DNA of 64,000 nt from Rhodospirillales bacterium BBD 1991-14. GTDB lineage: Bacteria; Pseudomonadota; Alphaproteobacteria; Kiloniellales; Kiloniellaceae. Shown piece after piece: positions 53,858 through 63,435 of this stretch. The DNA lies in assembly GCA_001657395.1 (NCBI GenBank), contig LYSY01000012.1, forward strand, positions 18,909 to 82,908, given 5' to 3'. The notes beneath the pieces are model-generated. The model had not been told where the DNA came from. It was given only the letters and a program-made list of their open reading frames with translations, and made no database searches. The stretch's first letter is position 1; each line of letters begins with the position of its first letter. Both the position numbers and the translations under genes were made by a program.

Positions 53858-54985
53858 ATGAGCAAGTTCCTCACCACCCATGTCGGCAGCCTGCCGCGTC
53901 CGGACGCGGTCTGCGACGTGCTGCAGGCGCGCGAGGAGGCCGGGGCGGCGCCCGAAGACTTTGAAGACGTGGTTGGCGAGGCCGTGGAGGCTGTGGTCGC
54001 CCGCCAGGCGGCCCTGGGGATCGACGTGGTCTCCGACGGCGAGTTCTCCAAGATCGGCTATGCCAACTATGTGAAGGACCGGCTTACCGGTTTCTCCGGC
54101 GACAGTCCGCGCATCCCCGGCGCCGACCTGGAGGACTTTCCCGGCTTCCTCAAGATGCTGGCGCGCTGGCGCGAGGGCGCCCTGCCACGCCCCACGCCCT
54201 GTTGCACCGGTCCGGTGGAAGTCAAAGACCGTGCGCAGTCGACGGCCGACCTGGCACGGCTGCGCCGGGCCGTAGAGAAAGCCGGGGCTCATGACGGCTT
54301 CGTCAATGCCGCCTCGCCGGGCGTCATCGCCCTGTTCCAGGCCAACCGCTACTATCCCGACCGCAGCGCCTATTTGGAGGCCCTGGCCGAGGCGATGAAG
54401 GAAGAGTACCGCGCCATCGTCGAGGCCGGCTTCTTCCTGCAGATCGACTGCCCGGACCTGGGCATGGGACGCCACACCACCTTCAAGAACGACGACGAGG
54501 CGACCTTCCTCAAAAGTGCCCATGAACAGGTGGAGGTGTTGAACGCCGCGCTGGACGGCCTGCCGCCGGAGCGGTTGCGCATTCATGTCTGCTGGGGCAA
54601 CTACGAGGGGCCGCACACCCGTGACATCGGGTTGGACAGGATCATCGGCATCGTTCTGAAGGCGAGGCCCGCGACCATCCTGTTTGAGGCGGCCAACCCA
54701 CGCCATGCCCACGAATGGCGCGTCTTCGAGGCGGTGGACCTGCCGGAAGACAAGATCCTCGCCCCCGGGGTCATCGACAGCACGTCCAACTACGTGGAGC
54801 ATCCCGAGCTGGTTGCCGAACGGCTGCTGAAGTTTGCCGCCATCGCCGGGCCCGAGCGCGTGATGGCGGGGACGGACTGCGGTTTCGGCACCTTCGCCGG
54901 GGACGGCCTGGTGGATGCCGAGGTCTGCTACGCGAAACTGGACTCGCTGGTCGAGGGAGCGCGCCTGGCGCGCGCCCGGGTCTAG
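53858..54985 (+). CDS. Cobalamin-independent methionine synthase (MetE) C-terminal-domain-like protein (UROD/MetE-like superfamily)
   Basis: MSKFLTTHVGSLPRP..., LGIDVVSDGEF, IDCPDL and the Zn-site-like contexts HVCWGNYEGPH and AGTDCGFG are typical of methionine synthase II-type proteins. Confidence 0.8.
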   Translation: MSKFLTTHVGSLPRPDAVCDVLQAREEAGAAPEDFEDVVGEAVEAVVARQAALGIDVVSDGEFSKIGYANYVKDRLTGFSGDSPRIPGADLEDFPGFLKMLARWREGALPRPTPCCTGPVEVKDRAQSTADLARLRRAVEKAGAHDGFVNAASPGVIALFQANRYYPDRSAYLEALAEAMKEEYRAIVEAGFFLQIDCPDLGMGRHTTFKNDDEATFLKSAHEQVEVLNAALDGLPPERLRIHVCWGNYEGPHTRDIGLDRIIGIVLKARPATILFEAANPRHAHEWRVFEAVDLPEDKILAPGVIDSTSNYVEHPELVAERLLKFAAIAGPERVMAGTDCGFGTFAGDGLVDAEVCYAKLDSLVEGARLARARV

Positions 54986-55046
54986 CCATGACGGGCCTTT
55001 TGTCGTCCTGAGAATCCGGCAGGCCCGCCGCTTGAAAGGAGCGACG

Positions 55047-55619
55047 ATGCGCAGAGAGCTTGACGTTCATTACGACGAGGAGACAGGGGCCTGGTTCGGC
55101 AAGTCGACGCCTGTTTCCAGCAAGGAAATGCAGGGCCGCATCTGGCGCTTTCGCGATCTCACGCCGTCTCCGCGCGCCTTCCTGGACTGCACGCTGCCGG
55201 GACATGTCCGCACGCTGTTCTCCGCGCTGGGCCAGGGGGCCGATGACGAGCAGCTTGAAGGCACCGCGGTCGAGCACGCCGAGAACTATCATATCGACTT
55301 CGTCAAGGCGGCACCGGGGAACGGTGCGGCGCTGCACAGCCACGGCTCGGAGGAGACCTTCATTGCCCTGACCGGCCGCTGGAAGCTGTTCTGGGGCGAC
55401 CAGGGCGAGGAGTCGGCGGTGCTGGAGCCCTTCGACGGAATCGTTGTTCCCGACGGCGTTCTGCGCGGGTTCAGCAACGTTTCGGAATCGGAGGCGGTTC
55501 TTCTTGTCGTGCTCGGTGCCCACAACACCGGGCATTGCATCTGGTCGGAGGCCTTGCGGCCGGCCTTCGCGGGGTTGTCGGGCGAAAACGGCGGGCAGCC
55601 GCCTAAAGAGACGCCGTGA
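55047..55619 (+). CDS. Cupin-domain protein
   Basis: The beta-rich core has GNGAALHSHGSEETFIALTGRWKLFWGD...VVPDGVLRGFSN (cupin motifs 1 and 2). Start at ATG 55047 with GAAAGGAG upstream. Confidence 0.6.
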   Translation: MRRELDVHYDEETGAWFGKSTPVSSKEMQGRIWRFRDLTPSPRAFLDCTLPGHVRTLFSALGQGADDEQLEGTAVEHAENYHIDFVKAAPGNGAALHSHGSEETFIALTGRWKLFWGDQGEESAVLEPFDGIVVPDGVLRGFSNVSESEAVLLVVLGAHNTGHCIWSEALRPAFAGLSGENGGQPPKETP

Positions 55620-56373
55620 TCCCGCCATCGACGTAGAGGATGTGGCCGTTGACGAAGCTGGCGGAGTCGCCGCAGAGGAAGATGGCGGCGCCCACCAGTT
55701 CCTCCACCTTGCCCCAGCGCCCGGCCGGGGTGCGTTTGGCCAGCCAGGCGCTGAACTCGGCGTCGGCCACCAGGGCCGCGTTCAGCTCGGTCTCGAAGTA
55801 GCCGGGCGCCAGGCCGTTGACCTGCAGGCCGTGCCTGGCCCAGTCGGTCGCCATGCCCTTGGTCAGGTTGGCGACGGCGCCCTTGGAGGCGGTGTAGGGC
55901 GCGATGCCCGGGCGGGCCAGCGCCGACTGCACCGAACAGATGTTCACGATGCGCCCGCGTCCGCGGGCGATCATGTGGCGTGCCACGGCCTGGCCGACGT
56001 TGAACACCGTGGTGACGTTGGTCTGCATCAGGCGTTCGAAGTCCGCCGGATCGAAGTCCTCCAGCGGCGTGCGGTGCTGCATGCCGGCATTGTTGATCAG
56101 GATGTCGAGGGCGCCGGTCTCGGCTTCGAAAGCATCGACGGCGGCCTTGACCGCCGCGTGCTCGGTGGCATCGAAGGGCAGGCTATGGACCTTGGCGCCT
56201 TCGCCCTGCAGCGTCGATGCGGCTTCCGCCAGGCGCCCGCCGTCGCGCCCGTTGAGCACCACCTCGGCGCCGGCACCGGACAGACCGCGTGCCAGCGCGA
56301 AGCCGATACCGCGGCTGGAGCCGGTAATGAGGGCGCGCTTGCCGCTCAGGTCGAAGAGATCGAGGGAAGGCAT
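55603..56373 (-). CDS. SDR-family oxidoreductase (gluconate 5-dehydrogenase-like)
   Basis: TGSSRGIG cofactor motif, NNAG, catalytic YTASKGAV. About 256 aa. Its 3' end overlaps the convergent cupin gene by 17 nt. Confidence 0.9.
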   Translation of the reverse strand: MPSLDLFDLSGKRALITGSSRGIGFALARGLSGAGAEVVLNGRDGGRLAEAASTLQGEGAKVHSLPFDATEHAAVKAAVDAFEAETGALDILINNAGMQHRTPLEDFDPADFERLMQTNVTTVFNVGQAVARHMIARGRGRIVNICSVQSALARPGIAPYTASKGAVANLTKGMATDWARHGLQVNGLAPGYFETELNAALVADAEFSAWLAKRTPAGRWGKVEELVGAAIFLCGDSASFVNGHILYVDGGITASL

Positions 56374-56509
56374 GGCAGAAGTCCTTGGCGGGGTGTTCGT
56401 GGGAGCGGGCTTGGTGGGGCGGGAAGAGGAGGTGGGTTCCCTTTCTCGGTCATGGGCATGCGGGCGTCAACGCTGATGCCGCAATGGAACGGGCGCCCGC
56501 GGATGAACC

Positions 56510-56917
56510 CTAGTCGGGGTCCTTCTCATAGGCCGTCGTACCGGGCGGGAGTTGAACCCAGGGATGCCGGCGGCAGTCGTAGACGGAATCTGTGGGCGGC
56601 GGAAAGTCCGGGTCGGCGAAGGCGCCCACAGCGACGGCGATACCGCGGTCCTCGCAGCCCTCCTCGGTGTGGAAAAGGTTGGTGCCGCAGACAGGACAGA
56701 AGCGGAACCGGAAGCGGGCACCCTGATCGCCGGTGCGCACATATTCGGTGGCCTTGCCGAAGACCTTGTAGGGCGGCGGGAAGGCGGCCAGCGCGGCGAA
56801 GACGCTGCCGGTCCGGCGCTGGCAGGCAAAGCAGTGACAGAGGCCGACGGCGCCGGGCTCTCCCCGGACCTCGACGCGGAGCTGGCCACAGCAGCAGGCG
56901 GCGGTTCGAGACTGCAT
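56510..56917 (-). CDS. GFA (glutathione-dependent formaldehyde-activating / CENP-V-like) zinc-binding protein
   Basis: CCCGQL...CHCFACQRRTGS...FCPVCGTNLF cysteine pattern typical of the GFA family. Start set at ATG 56917. Confidence 0.8.
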   Translation of the reverse strand: MQSRTAACCCGQLRVEVRGEPGAVGLCHCFACQRRTGSVFAALAAFPPPYKVFGKATEYVRTGDQGARFRFRFCPVCGTNLFHTEEGCEDRGIAVAVGAFADPDFPPPTDSVYDCRRHPWVQLPPGTTAYEKDPD

Positions 56918-57069
56918 GGGATACTCCCTGAATGGTGGTTCGCTTGCGCGCCGGTCATTGACGGCGATGGGAGCCGGGGCGTCAAGGCCGCACCAGCGGA
57001 CGGCGGCCTTGCAAGACATCAGCCGCTCGGGCAGTCTTTCGTTCTCTTGCGAACTTCAGGACAGAAGTC

Positions 57070-58101
57070 ATGCGTGCGCTCGTTATCCACGCGCCCAAGG
57101 ATCTGCGCAGCGAAGACTGGCCGGTCGAGGCTCCCGGCCCCGGCCAGGTGATGATCGAGATGGCCGCCGGCGGGGTCTGCGGCTCCGACCTGCACTATTA
57201 CAATCACGGCGGCTTCGGCCCGGTGCGCCTGAAGGAGCCGATGGTGCTGGGCCACGAAGTCTCCGGGCGGGTCGCCGCGCTGGGCGATAACGTCGAGGGG
57301 CTGGCGGAAGGCGACCTCGTCGCGATCAATCCCTCGCGGCCCTGCGGGCACTGCGCCTTCTGTCTCGAAGGCGCGCCCAACCACTGCCTGAACATGCGCT
57401 TCTATGGTTCGGCCATGCCCTTTCCCCACATCCAGGGCGCCTTCCGCCAGGCGCTGGTGGTGGAGGCGGACCAGTGCGTGAAGGCCGGAGGTCTCAGCCC
57501 CGGCGAGGCGGCGATGGCGGAACCGCTTTCGGTGGCGCTGCATGCGACGCGTCGCGCTGGCGACCTCTTCGGCAAGCGGGTGCTGGTGACCGGCTGCGGG
57601 CCCATCGGCGTGCTCGCGGTCCTGAGCGCCCGGCGGGCCGGCGCGGCGGAGATCGTCGCCACTGACCTGGAGGACAAGGCGCTGTCCTTTGCGGCCGGCG
57701 GCGGGGCCGACCGCACCATCAACGTCGCCAAGGAACCCGATGCGCTCGGCGCCTATGCCGCCGGCAAGGGGTATTTCGATGTACTCTATGAGGCGACCGG
57801 TGCCGAGCCGGCGCTCGTTTCCGCTCTCGCCGTCATGCGCCCGCGCGGCGTCGTCGTGCAGCTCGGCATGGGCGGTGAGATGACCCTGCCGATGCTGCAG
57901 ATCACGGCGAAGGAACTGGATCTGCGCGGCTCTTTCCGCTTTCACGAGGAGTTTTCCCTGGCGGTCGAACTGATGGCCAAGGGGCTGATCGACGTGAAGC
58001 CGCTCATCAGCCATACCATCGGTTTCGACGAGGCCATCAAGGCCTTCGAGATTGCCGGGGATCGATCCCAGGTGATGAAGGCGCAGATCGCCTTCAACTG
58101 A
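57070..58101 (+). CDS. Zinc-dependent medium-chain dehydrogenase (L-idonate 5-dehydrogenase / sorbitol dehydrogenase-like)
   Basis: GVCGSDLHYY...GHEVSG zinc motif, structural-zinc Cys cluster CGHCAFCLEGAPNHC, Rossmann VTGCGPIG. Confidence 0.88.
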   Translation: MRALVIHAPKDLRSEDWPVEAPGPGQVMIEMAAGGVCGSDLHYYNHGGFGPVRLKEPMVLGHEVSGRVAALGDNVEGLAEGDLVAINPSRPCGHCAFCLEGAPNHCLNMRFYGSAMPFPHIQGAFRQALVVEADQCVKAGGLSPGEAAMAEPLSVALHATRRAGDLFGKRVLVTGCGPIGVLAVLSARRAGAAEIVATDLEDKALSFAAGGGADRTINVAKEPDALGAYAAGKGYFDVLYEATGAEPALVSALAVMRPRGVVVQLGMGGEMTLPMLQITAKELDLRGSFRFHEEFSLAVELMAKGLIDVKPLISHTIGFDEAIKAFEIAGDRSQVMKAQIAFN

Positions 58102-58136
58102 CTCCGCGTTCCCTTACAGCCGCCGTGAGGACCCTC

Positions 58137-58739
58137 ATGACCGAAATCCCTGCTTTGCGCATGGTCCCCCGGGGCCTGCTGTCCGCCGTCCTCGCCGCCG
58201 CGTTTTGCGTTGCCGCGGTTTTGATGCCGGAGACGGCGCCACGGGCCGCGGACCTGGGGAAGCCTGCCGGGCCCGTCGTCCTGACCGTCGCCGGCGACAT
58301 CGGCGCGGCCAACCGGCCGGCCTTCGACGACGCCAACGATTCCTTCCTGAACTACCACGAGAAGACTTTCCAGTCGGCAGCGGAGTTCGACCGCGCCATG
58401 CTGGAATCCCTGGGCATGCAGAGGGTGGAGATCGCCTACGAAGGCTGGGCCCAGCCCTCGACCTTCGAAGGGCCCTGGCTGAAGGACGTACTCGCCGCTG
58501 CCGGGGCATCCGGCAGGAACGTCACGGTGGTCGCCTTGGACGGCTTCGGTGCCGAGATCCCGGCTGCCGACATCGAGTCCCTCGACTGGGTGGTCGGCCT
58601 GAAGCGCGACGGGCGCTACCTGGGCCTGGGGCAGCGGGGCCCGATCTGGCTGGTCTACCGCCGCCCCGACGGGGCCGTCCTGACCGCGGAGGACGAGCAG
58701 CGTTGGCCCTGGGCGGCCTTCTACATCGAGGTCGAATAG
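58137..58739 (+). CDS. Secreted small protein resembling the short molybdopterin-oxidoreductase-fold (Oxidored_molyb-like) family
   Basis: Signal-like N-terminus, then VVLTVAGDI...FEGPWLKDVLAAAGASGRNVTVVALDGFGAEIPAADI...LKRDG...GPIWLVY...RWPWAAFYIEV. The family pattern is recalled from memory. Start at ATG 58137 with GAGGA 5 nt upstream. Confidence 0.5.
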   Translation: MTEIPALRMVPRGLLSAVLAAAFCVAAVLMPETAPRAADLGKPAGPVVLTVAGDIGAANRPAFDDANDSFLNYHEKTFQSAAEFDRAMLESLGMQRVEIAYEGWAQPSTFEGPWLKDVLAAAGASGRNVTVVALDGFGAEIPAADIESLDWVVGLKRDGRYLGLGQRGPIWLVYRRPDGAVLTAEDEQRWPWAAFYIEVE

Positions 58740-58749
58740 GACCGGTTGC

Positions 58750-59493
58750 TTAAGGCGGGATTTCCCGGCAGTCCCAGGCGAAGACCTTGCCGCTGTCTTC
58801 GGGGGTCAGTCCATCCACCACCGTCAGAAGATGGCCGGCCGCCGTTGCCGGTGAGAACAGCTTTTCCTGGGCGACGCCACGCTGGAACGGCTGCGACAGC
58901 CTGCTGTCGACGGTGCCCGGATGCAGGCCGACGCAGACCGTCTGCTTGCGGTTGCGCGCCACTTCGATGGCCAGGCAGCGGATCGTCATGTTGAGCGCGG
59001 CCTTGGCCGCCCGGTAGCCGTACCAGCCGCCCAGACGGTTGTCGCCGATGCTGCCGACGCGCGCGGACAGCGCCGCGAAGACCGCCTTGCGCTCGCGGTA
59101 CAGCAGCGGCAGGAAGTGCTTGGCCACCAGGGCCGGGCCGATACTGTTGACCTGGAAGCTGCGCGTCAGCGCCGCGGCTTCCAGATGGCGGAAGCTCTTT
59201 TCCGGCTGCAGGGCTTCGCCGTCGTGGAGCAGGCCGCTGGCGACGATTACGAGGCCAAGGGGCGCGGCCGTGGCCAGGTCCTCCGCAGCGGCTGCGACCG
59301 AGGCCTCGTCATCGGTATCCATCTGACCCGGAACGACTTTTTCGGCGGTGGCGGCCGGCTTGCGGGAGAAGGCGTAAACGGTCTCGACCCCCGGGTCGGC
59401 GGCCAGTTGCGCCACCAGCGCCCCCCCGATACCGCCGGAGGCGCCGACCACAGCGGCCCGCACAGGCTGGCCGAAACTGGACAGTGCGTTCAC
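58750..59493 (-). CDS. SDR-family oxidoreductase (CsgA/C-factor-like subgroup)
   Basis: [12 protein letters not shown] cofactor motif and catalytic YRAAKAALN. 247 aa. Confidence 0.85.
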   Translation of the reverse strand: MNALSSFGQPVRAAVVGASGGIGGALVAQLAADPGVETVYAFSRKPAATAEKVVPGQMDTDDEASVAAAAEDLATAAPLGLVIVASGLLHDGEALQPEKSFRHLEAAALTRSFQVNSIGPALVAKHFLPLLYRERKAVFAALSARVGSIGDNRLGGWYGYRAAKAALNMTIRCLAIEVARNRKQTVCVGLHPGTVDSRLSQPFQRGVAQEKLFSPATAAGHLLTVVDGLTPEDSGKVFAWDCREIPP

Positions 59494-59628
59494 GGCAGTG
59501 TGATTCCGGGCAAGAAGGGAAAGGGCGGTCTTGGGAACATGCCCTTTAGACCTATATTATCGGGTTGGAAAGAAAAGGAGGGGCTGCCCGGCCCCATAAG
59601 GAAAACGCCCGGAAACTGGGAGTGCCCG

Positions 59629-60612
59629 ATGAGCGAAGGCTATAAGAAAACCGATGAGGCGGTGAAGAGCCTCAGCGACGAGCAGTATGCGGTGACCCAG
59701 CAGGACGCCACCGAACGCCCCTTCCAGAACGCCTTTTGGGACAACAAGGAGCTGGGGCTCTACGTGGACGTGGTCTCCGGCGAGCCGTTGTTCGCCTCCC
59801 GCGACAAATACGATTCCGGCAGCGGCTGGCCCAGCTTCGTGCGCCCGGTCGAACCGGACCACGTGGTCGAGCGCAGCGACGACAGCCACGGGATGCTGCG
59901 TACCGAGGTCCGCTCCAGGCATGGCGACAGTCATCTGGGCCACGTCTTTCCCGACGGTCCGGCGCCCACCGGCCTGCGCTACTGCATAAATTCCGCCGCC
60001 CTGCGTTTCGTGCCCCTGGCCGACCTCGAGGACGCCGGCTATGGCGCCTACCGCGATCTGGTCGATCCGCCGGAGAGCGCAACGGAGAAGGCGACGGGGG
60101 AGGCGCGGGCGGTTTTCGCCGGCGGCTGCTTCTGGGGCATGCAGGACCTCTTCCGCAAGCTGCCGGGCGTGACCGCGACGCGCGTCGGCTACACCGGCGG
60201 CGATCTGGACAATCCGGAGTACCGCGACGTAAAAACGGGGGCGACGGGCCATGCGGAAGCCCTGGAGATCGTCTACGACCCGGCGCGGGTGGGTTATGAG
60301 GATCTGCTGGCCTTCTTCTTCCAGATTCACGACCCGACCACGATGAACCGCCAGGGCAACGATATCGGCAGCCAGTACCGCTCGGCGATCTTCGTGGCCG
60401 ATCAGGCGGAGGCGGATGCCGCCGCGCGGGTCATCGCCGCGGTCAATGCCTCCGGTCTCTGGCCCGGCCCGGTGGTGACCGAGGTGGTGCCGGCCCGGCC
60501 CTTCTACGAGGCGGAGCCGGAACACCAGGACTACCTGGAGCGTTACCCGCACGGCTACACCTGCCACTTCATCCGGCCTAGTTGGCGCCTGCCGCGGACC
60601 GAAGTGGCCTGA
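59629..60612 (+). CDS. msrAB: Bifunctional methionine sulfoxide reductase, MsrB domain N-terminal and MsrA domain C-terminal
   Basis: MsrB part: [21 protein letters not shown]. MsrA part: [43 protein letters not shown]-like HQDYL. Start is ATG 59629; the upstream 236 codons of ORF 58921..60612 are antisense to the SDR gene and are rejected. Confidence 0.9.
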   Translation: MSEGYKKTDEAVKSLSDEQYAVTQQDATERPFQNAFWDNKELGLYVDVVSGEPLFASRDKYDSGSGWPSFVRPVEPDHVVERSDDSHGMLRTEVRSRHGDSHLGHVFPDGPAPTGLRYCINSAALRFVPLADLEDAGYGAYRDLVDPPESATEKATGEARAVFAGGCFWGMQDLFRKLPGVTATRVGYTGGDLDNPEYRDVKTGATGHAEALEIVYDPARVGYEDLLAFFFQIHDPTTMNRQGNDIGSQYRSAIFVADQAEADAAARVIAAVNASGLWPGPVVTEVVPARPFYEAEPEHQDYLERYPHGYTCHFIRPSWRLPRTEVA

Positions 60613-60673
60613 GTCTGGCCGCCTTGGCAGAGCAGTGCTAGGGTCCTCGCCGCCAGCAGCGAGGGGCCCCGCC

Positions 60674-61285
60674 ATGTCGATCATCCGGACCATCGAGGAA
60701 CTGGAAAGCCATTACGGCGTTCCCAACGAGAACTCCACCGTCAAGGAGGTCGACTTCATCACGCCGGAGTACCGGCGTATCATCGAGGTCTCGCCCTTTG
60801 CCGCTCTGGCGACGGCCGGCCCGGAGGGTCTCGACTGCTCGCCGCGCGGCGATATGGCCGGCTTTGTGCGGATCCACGACGACCGCACCCTGATGCTGCC
60901 GGACCGGCGCGGCAACAACCGCATCGATTCCCTGCGCAACATCGTGCGCGACCCGCGCGTCGCCCTGCTCTTTCTGGTGCCGGGGGCGGGCAACACCCTG
61001 AGGGTCAACGGTCGCGCCCACTTGAGTGTCGATCCCGACCTGCTTCAGTCCTTCGCGGTCACGGAAAAGGCGCCGCGCTCTGTCATGGTGATGACCGTGG
61101 AGGCGATCTACTTTCAGTGCGCCCGCGCCATCGTGCGCTCCGACCTCTGGAACCCCGAGAAACACGTCGACTGCCGCAGCCTGCCGACACCCGGTCAGAT
61201 CCTGGCTGCGCTCAGCGACGAGCGGATCGGCGGCAAGGCCTACGACGACGCCTGGGAGGCACGGGCCCAGAAGACCCTCTGGTAG
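60674..61285 (+). CDS. Pyridoxamine 5'-phosphate oxidase-family (PPOX-type FMN-binding split barrel) protein
   Basis: FAALATAGPEGLDCSPRGD...LMLPDRRGNNRIDSLRNIVRDPRVALLFLVPG...LRVNGRA is typical of the MSMEG_1061-type PPOX class. Confidence 0.8.
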   Translation: MSIIRTIEELESHYGVPNENSTVKEVDFITPEYRRIIEVSPFAALATAGPEGLDCSPRGDMAGFVRIHDDRTLMLPDRRGNNRIDSLRNIVRDPRVALLFLVPGAGNTLRVNGRAHLSVDPDLLQSFAVTEKAPRSVMVMTVEAIYFQCARAIVRSDLWNPEKHVDCRSLPTPGQILAALSDERIGGKAYDDAWEARAQKTLW

Positions 61286-61338
61286 CGCCCCGTGTTAGGC
61301 TGTGATCCTCTGAACGACCCAAACGAAAGCCGCAAACC

Positions 61339-62646
61339 ATGGCCACCGAATACCTGAAGAAAGCCGACAAGACCGCCGCGACAGGCGAACAGGACGTGCG
61401 TCAGACGGTGCAGCAGATCCTGGACGACATCGAAGCGGGCGGAGAGGCCAGGGCGCGCGACTATGCCGCCAAGTTCGACCGCTGGGAGGGTGAGATCCTG
61501 GTCTCGGCCGAGGCGAGGGCGGCGGCGGCGGAGAAGGTGCCGCAAAAGTTGAAGGACGATATCCGCTTCGCCCACGACCAGGTGCGCCGCTTCGCCGAAG
61601 CGCAGCTTGCGGCGCTGCCGGATACCGAGGTGGAGCTGCAGCCGGGCCTCATCGCCGGCCACCGCAACATTCCTATGGCCGCGGCCGGCTGCTACGTGCC
61701 GGGCGGCCGCTACGCCCACGTGGCCTCCGCCATCATGTCGGTCACCACCGCCAAGACCGCGGGTGTCGAGCACGTCATCGCCTGCTCGCCGCCCAAGCCG
61801 GGCGAGGGCGTGAACCCGGCCATCCTCTACACCCTCGACCTCTGCGGTGCCGACTCGGTGCTGGCGCTGGGCGGGGTACAGGGCGTGGCGGCCATGGCCT
61901 TCGGCCTTTTCACCGGCCACAAGGCGGATATCCTGGTCGGCCCCGGCAACCAATTCGTCGCCGAGGCCAAGCGCATTCTTTATGGCCGTGTCGGCATCGA
62001 TATGTTCGCCGGTCCGACCGAGGTTCTGGTCATCGCCGACGGCACGGCGGATCCGGAGATCGTTGCCTGGGATCTCGTCGGTCAGGCCGAGCATGGCTAC
62101 AATTCCCCGGCCTGGCTGATCGCCCTCGACCACGGCCTCGCGGCGGAAGTCGAGCGTCTGGTGCCGGGCATGATCTCCGAGCTGCCGGAGCTCAACCGCA
62201 CCAATGCGGAGGCGGCCTGGCGCGACTACGGGGAGATTGCCGTCGTCGACAGCCGCGAGGAGGCTGCGGCGCTGTCGGACGCCTATGCCGCCGAGCACCT
62301 GGAAGTCCACTGCAGCGATCTCGACTGGTGGCTGGCGCGGCTGCGCAACTACGGCTCGCTCTTCCTGGGGGAGGAGACCACCGTGGCCTTCGGCGACAAG
62401 ACCTCCGGCCCCAACCACATCCTGCCCACCAAGGGGGCGGCGCGTTACACTGGCGGTCTTTCGGTCGGCAAGTTCCTGAAGTCGGTCACCTGGCAGCGGA
62501 TGAACCGGGAATCGACCCGCGACATCGCCCAGGTGACGGCCCGGATCTCCCGCCTGGAAGGCATGGAAGGCCATGCCAAGACCGCTGACATCCGCCTTGC
62601 CAAGTGGTTCCCGGACGAGGACTTCGATCTGGCTGCGGCCGGGTGA
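61339..62646 (+). CDS. Histidinol dehydrogenase-family NAD-dependent dehydrogenase (HisD paralog type)
   Basis: YVPGGRYAHVASAIM, AGPTEVLVIAD, DLVGQAEHG, AAEHLEV and GPNHILPT motifs of the HisD fold. The context (dehydrogenases, not his genes) suggests a paralog such as the sulfopropanediol dehydrogenase type. Confidence 0.88.
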   Translation: MATEYLKKADKTAATGEQDVRQTVQQILDDIEAGGEARARDYAAKFDRWEGEILVSAEARAAAAEKVPQKLKDDIRFAHDQVRRFAEAQLAALPDTEVELQPGLIAGHRNIPMAAAGCYVPGGRYAHVASAIMSVTTAKTAGVEHVIACSPPKPGEGVNPAILYTLDLCGADSVLALGGVQGVAAMAFGLFTGHKADILVGPGNQFVAEAKRILYGRVGIDMFAGPTEVLVIADGTADPEIVAWDLVGQAEHGYNSPAWLIALDHGLAAEVERLVPGMISELPELNRTNAEAAWRDYGEIAVVDSREEAAALSDAYAAEHLEVHCSDLDWWLARLRNYGSLFLGEETTVAFGDKTSGPNHILPTKGAARYTGGLSVGKFLKSVTWQRMNRESTRDIAQVTARISRLEGMEGHAKTADIRLAKWFPDEDFDLAAAG

Positions 62647-62666
62647 GTGCCGGGCGCGGCGTGACG

Positions 62667-63428
62667 ATGCAGGACCTCTTTGATCTTTCCGGGCGCGTCG
62701 CCTGCGTGACCGGCGCCAGTTCCGGTCTCGGGCGGGGCCTCGCGACAGCGCTGGCGCAAGCCGGGGCGACGGTGGTCGGGGTGGCGCGCCGTAAACCCGA
62801 ACTCATGGCCTGGGCGGAAGAGGTGCGCAGCGCCGGCGGGCAGGCCGAAGCCTGCCAGGCCGACGTCGCCGCGCTCGACGCGCTGCCGGAGGTCGCCCGG
62901 CAGGTTACAGCGCTAGCCGGGGCGCCCGACATCCTGGTCAATGCCGCCGGTCTCAACCCGCGTCAGTCCGCCGACGCCGTCACGCCGGAGGCCTGGCGTC
63001 AGACGTTGGATCTGAACCTCTCGGCGCCCTTCTTTCTCGCCCAGGCCCTGGTGCCGGCAATGCGGGAAAAGGGTTGGGGACGCATCATCAACATCGCCTC
63101 CCTGCAGTCGGCGCGCGCCTTCGCCAAGGGGATCGCCTATGGCGCCTCCAAGGGCGGCATCGCCCAGGTCACCCGCGCCATGGCGGAGGCTTGGTCGCCC
63201 GACGGCATCACCTGCAATGCTCTCGCGCCGGGCTTCTTTCCGACGGAGCTGACGGCAGCGGTCTTCGAAGACACGGCGCTGGTCGAGGGTCTGGCGGCGC
63301 AGACCTGCATCGGGCGCAACGGCCGGCTGGAGGACCTGATCGGCCCGGCGATCTTCCTCGCCTCCCCGGCTTCGGACTACGTGACCGGGCAGGTCCTGTT
63401 CGTCGACGGCGGTTTCACCGCAAAGTGA
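62667..63428 (+). CDS. SDR-family oxidoreductase
   Basis: VTGASSGLG cofactor motif, NAAG, catalytic YGASKGGI. Start at ATG 62667. Confidence 0.88.
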   Translation: MQDLFDLSGRVACVTGASSGLGRGLATALAQAGATVVGVARRKPELMAWAEEVRSAGGQAEACQADVAALDALPEVARQVTALAGAPDILVNAAGLNPRQSADAVTPEAWRQTLDLNLSAPFFLAQALVPAMREKGWGRIINIASLQSARAFAKGIAYGASKGGIAQVTRAMAEAWSPDGITCNALAPGFFPTELTAAVFEDTALVEGLAAQTCIGRNGRLEDLIGPAIFLASPASDYVTGQVLFVDGGFTAK

Positions 63429-63435
63429 GGATTCC

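Noticed and set aside
58921-59628. N-terminal 236 codons of the 563-aa ORF containing msrB-msrA
   Set aside because: This part is antisense to a well-supported SDR gene (58750..59493) and has shadow-like composition. A good ATG at 59629 begins exactly at the MsrB domain.
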